In this document: positions 37,851 to 41,097 of the stretch, piece by piece
Layout: every line of letters starts with the position of its first letter
How positions within the stretch are numbered: the first letter of the stretch is position 1
Virus record (IMG/VR): IMGVR_UViG_3300025600_000033
Location: 1-41,097 of that record
Source: a virus
Lineage: Duplodnaviria > Caudoviricetes
Length of the DNA: 41,097 nt
Reading direction: 5' to 3' (one strand)
Translations under genes and position numbers: made by a program
The notes under the pieces: model-generated
Seen by the model: only the letters and a program-made list of their open reading frames with translations
Told to the model about the DNA's origin: nothing
Databases searched by the model: none

Positions 37851-38702
37851 TTATATTTGTGTACATAATATATTCAGATGATTATTTTTGATATTGTTTG
37901 TATATTGAATAAACTGTTCTTTAGTATTGCCGTTGTATCCATATACATTATGAAAACTACCTTTAATATTGGATTTATGGTGTTCCTCGCAAACCGTAAT
38001 GCCATTATCAATATTTAATCTTAATTCTGGACTGCCAGCAAAAGATTCAAGATGATGTACTTGAAGATTTCCTCCGCGTTTTCCACAAACTTGACAAGTA
38101 TAATTATCTCTTTTAAAGACAGATTTTCGCCATTCTTTATATTCGGAAGAGTTTCTTATTTTTTGATTTTCTGAAGATATTCCACCTTTCCAATTATTAT
38201 TATTTTCACCTGTATGAGATTCTATAAACTTTTTTGTTTGCATATAAGATAGAAATCCATATTTAATCAAAATCGATTGATAAATATCAACTCTTATGGA
38301 GGAAGAGTTATCAAACACATTTGAAGTTCCATATCTAATTATATTTGTATTTGATATTTTTTCTTGAATTTTTGGAAGAGATAATACGCTTTTAACATTG
38401 TATTTGGTAAATATTACATTAACTAATTTCTTAGATCTACATTTTTTACAGGCATCTTTATTAACTAAATCAGAGTTCTTTAGACTTCTTATATAATTTT
38501 TATATATGACAGAAGAAATTGTTTCAATGCCTTCTTCTAAACAATAATCACATTGCACATCGACTTTTAGATTACTTCCTAAAACCAAATCTTTTATTTT
38601 AACCATAAATTTAGTACCTTTTCTACTATATACGTAACCTTTTGGTTCATATATTTTTTTATTATTTCCCCATGTAACTTCAACTTCTTCGGTTAATAAC
38701 AT
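37851..38702 (-). CDS. HNH endonuclease with shared N-terminal Zn domain
   Basis: RDNYTCQVCG...LQVHH...NGITVCEEHH. Confidence 0.92.
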   Translation of the reverse strand: MLLTEEVEVTWGNNKKIYEPKGYVYSRKGTKFMVKIKDLVLGSNLKVDVQCDYCLEEGIETISSVIYKNYIRSLKNSDLVNKDACKKCRSKKLVNVIFTKYNVKSVLSLPKIQEKISNTNIIRYGTSNVFDNSSSIRVDIYQSILIKYGFLSYMQTKKFIESHTGENNNNWKGGISSENQKIRNSSEYKEWRKSVFKRDNYTCQVCGKRGGNLQVHHLESFAGSPELRLNIDNGITVCEEHHKSNIKGSFHNVYGYNGNTKEQFIQYTNNIKNNHLNILCTQI

Positions 38703-38716
38703 TTTTATCATTCCTT

Positions 38717-38807
38717 CCCGACACTTATTAAATCCCGACAAATAAAAGTAACAGAGAAGAATGTCGGATTCTTATCAGATGTGTCATGACCACACCCTAT
38801 CTCTGTT
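38717..38807 (-). ncRNA. Structured 5' leader, copy 4 (compact variant)
   Basis: P1 aacagaga/tctctgtt; P2 loop gTCATGA; P3 agaat-CCGAC-attct; GTCGG target present twice, one abutting the RBS. Confidence 0.75.
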
Positions 38808-38834
38808 GAAAAATTTCTATTTAATTACACACAA

Positions 38835-38860
38835 AAGGAGAGACTATTCAATCTCTCCTT
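38835..38860 (-). terminator. Terminator after tape-measure gene
   Basis: aaggagaga/tctctcctt followed by T-run on the minus strand. Confidence 0.7.
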
Positions 38861-38864
38861 AGAA

Positions 38865-41097
38865 TTAATAACCATCTCTATTTGACAATCTACTTAAATT
38901 CTGAAGTTGACTTACCAAATCATTAGCATTTTGAGCAGAAACATTTAACGTATTTATTGTAATTCCACCACTAGCACTAGCAACATTATTGTTCATACTA
39001 GGAAATTTAATATTACTAAAATCAATTTTAGGCATTTTAAAATTAGACATTATTTTAGTAACATCAATATTTTTTAGAATACTAGTAATATCAGGTAATT
39101 TAGTAACAAGAGAATTAAATGATGATGTTTGTTCAGATGTGAGAACTCTTTCTTTTTCATGAAGTATTGCTAATTTACCATCACTACCCCAAGATCCTGT
39201 TTCTCCACCAGTTCTAAGTCCTACTATTCTCTTAAATTGTGCTAAAGTATCTTCTTTTGTTTCTCCAAAAACTCTAGTTCCCTTGCCTACGTTTGGAATT
39301 GCAACGCTTCCACCTAAAACAATATCTCCAGATTTAGCAAGGCTTGCATCACCATTTGTTATTGTTACAAAAACGAAATTATCAGATTTGCCTTTACTCT
39401 CTGCTTCTGTTTTTGCCAATGAAATATCTTCTGAATTACCAATTACGGTTTGCTTTTTATTTGGAGAACCTGATAAAGAAAAATCATTAGTTTTTGTACT
39501 TGATAGTGAGTCTGGAACAGTAGTATCAGCATTTACAATAGTTGATAATTGCCCATTTAATCCTTCTAATTTTTGAGATAGCAATAAGACTGCTGAATTA
39601 ACATTATCTCCATAAAGTTTTAATAACTTTTCAGACATAGTATCTAGATTTTTCCACTGTTCATCAAATAATACTTTTTCTGCATCAAATGCTTTCTGTT
39701 TTGTATCAATAAGCGATTGTTGATAATCTATTTCTTTTTGTAGTGCTTCTTTTTGATGTTTTGATGTATTATCAGCTTCCCATGAAGTATAATCTGTTTG
39801 GAGATTTTTTAAATCATCTGTTGCTGTTTTCACTTCTGTTGGATTGGCTTGCCATGTCCATTGGTCTCCAACTAATACACGAGTATTTTTTTCATTAGTG
39901 ACATTAGTTAATTTTTGTTTTGCTTCTTCTAATGCTAGAAGTCTTTTTGCTCTTTCTTCCGATTCTGCTTCTACATTATTTTTTTCATCAAGAGCAGTCA
40001 TTTCATCCTGAATGCCTTTGATTTTTAGTTCGTGAGTTGTTTTATAAGCATTGAGTAATTTTTCTTCTGCATCTAAATCAGTTTGTGCTAAAGATTTCTG
40101 AGCATTTACAACTTGAGATGCTATATCTTTTGACAGATCGACTAGAGATTGTTGAGTGTCTTTTTGTGCTTGGGTTGTGTCTTTAATAGCCTGTGAATTA
40201 TCCATCCATGCCTTGCGGAGCTTTTGGAGGTTAGTAAATTCCAATTCCATGTTCTTCTGTGTTTCAGCACTGGATTGATTAAATTCATTGACATATGTTG
40301 ATGACATTTCATTATCTTGATTTAGCCATCTATTAATATCTCCATATGAGGAATTAGCAGACGCAAGAACTGAGTCTTTAATATTGTTAATTTTTGTACG
40401 AGCTTCTGTGAGTTGAGTCATTTCTAATGTTTGGGATGAAATTAGATCATTTGTTTTTGATACCGCTGATGAATAATCTCTTGTAGTTTTAGCGATATCT
40501 ATATCTTTTTGGATTAATGCAGATTTTTCAGATGTAAGTTTTGATACAAGCGCAATTTCTTGAAGGATGGCATCAGAGTCGTCTTTATATGCTGGGGTTT
40601 CTGCGGTCTTTATATCAGAAATTTGATCTATTGCTGTTTGATTTGTTTTACGAGAATCGTAATCTGCCATGATTTTTGAAACATAGTCTTTAGTCTGTTT
40701 TGGGGCAGTAGCTTGAATATCTTCCCATGATGAACCACCTGTTTTTTTTAGGGCATTTTGGACTGATCCAGGTCCCCAATTATAGGCAGCGAGTGATAAT
40801 TGTATATTATTGCCAAACAATTTCATCATGTCTGCAAGATATTTAGAGCCGCCAGCGATATTTTGAGCACTATCCCATACATTAGATACGCCTAGGCTAG
40901 AAGCAGTGGATGGCATTAACTGCATAAGACCTTTTGCACCTGATGGACTTGTAGCTGTTGCAGGGGTATTTTTAAATCCTGATTCTTGTTTAATTACAGC
41001 GTCAACGAGGGTAGCACTAATATTATTTGCTTTAGCACTAGCACGAATTTGGTCAGCGAATGGGCCTGTTACTGCTTCTATTTTTTCTGCTGCTTTG
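38865..41097 (-). CDS. Tail tape-measure protein (3' part) with lytic transglycosylase (SLT) domain; 5' end outside the window
   Basis: Frame open to window edge: VIKQESG, GLMQLMP, AAYNWG; long coiled coil; LAILHEKERVL motif. Confidence 0.9.
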   Translation of the reverse strand, partial: KAAEKIEAVTGPFADQIRASAKANNISATLVDAVIKQESGFKNTPATATSPSGAKGLMQLMPSTASSLGVSNVWDSAQNIAGGSKYLADMMKLFGNNIQLSLAAYNWGPGSVQNALKKTGGSSWEDIQATAPKQTKDYVSKIMADYDSRKTNQTAIDQISDIKTAETPAYKDDSDAILQEIALVSKLTSEKSALIQKDIDIAKTTRDYSSAVSKTNDLISSQTLEMTQLTEARTKINNIKDSVLASANSSYGDINRWLNQDNEMSSTYVNEFNQSSAETQKNMELEFTNLQKLRKAWMDNSQAIKDTTQAQKDTQQSLVDLSKDIASQVVNAQKSLAQTDLDAEEKLLNAYKTTHELKIKGIQDEMTALDEKNNVEAESEERAKRLLALEEAKQKLTNVTNEKNTRVLVGDQWTWQANPTEVKTATDDLKNLQTDYTSWEADNTSKHQKEALQKEIDYQQSLIDTKQKAFDAEKVLFDEQWKNLDTMSEKLLKLYGDNVNSAVLLLSQKLEGLNGQLSTIVNADTTVPDSLSSTKTNDFSLSGSPNKKQTVIGNSEDISLAKTEAESKGKSDNFVFVTITNGDASLAKSGDIVLGGSVAIPNVGKGTRVFGETKEDTLAQFKRIVGLRTGGETGSWGSDGKLAILHEKERVLTSEQTSSFNSLVTKLPDITSILKNIDVTKIMSNFKMPKIDFSNIKFPSMNNNVASASGGITINTLNVSAQNANDLVSQLQNLSRLSNRDGY

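Larger units (their letters stand above)
1..41097. mobile_element. Segment of a large tailed phage/prophage (tail, lysis and accessory modules)
   Basis: Co-oriented tape-measure/SLT, tail, XkdX, amidase and holin genes, free-standing endonucleases, no housekeeping genes. Confidence 0.93.

Noticed and set aside
38750-38807. Leader copy 4 as a hammerhead ribozyme (three stems, CUGAUAA)
   Set aside because: The GAAA core strand is absent and the other copies lack CUGA
8380-38807. Endonucleases as group I intron or intein passengers
   Set aside because: Flanking genes appear intact and in separate frames; spacers are too short for an intron core
161-39576. Short antisense ORFs in the track (e.g. 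161-427, 984-1271, 7814-8116, 13095-13370, 21225-21533, 32090-32290, 39283-39576)
   Set aside because: Shadow frames of better-supported genes on the opposite strand

Overview
AT-rich segment of a large tailed phage or prophage of a Bacillota host (probably Clostridia-like; inferred from SD usage and gene content). From the right end, the minus strand carries the 3' part of an SLT-containing tape-measure gene, tail/baseplate genes, fibre and chaperone genes (XkdX, CD1375-like), a lysis region (papain-like protease, Amidase_3, XhlA-like, HNH-like, holin) and a second block of putative receptor-binding proteins (two beta-helix proteins, a 1438-aa Ig/FN3 protein) with two glycan acetyltransferase morons. 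The left end holds a DGQHR/DndB-like gene, an FtsK + Replic_Relax + SpoIIIAC-like + M23 operon and small early-type genes. Main findings: (1) four free-standing endonuclease genes of three catalytic families each have a 5' leader that folds into the same three-way-junction RNA, with a palindromic loop and a second loop that covaries with the sequence abutting that gene's RBS; (2) the FtsK/relaxase/SpoIIIAC-like module may move DNA during sporulation; (3) several late genes appear to start at ATT/ATC; (4) an unannotated ~75-nt antisense sRNA lies in the lysis cassette. All calls are by eye; no searches or folding programs were run.
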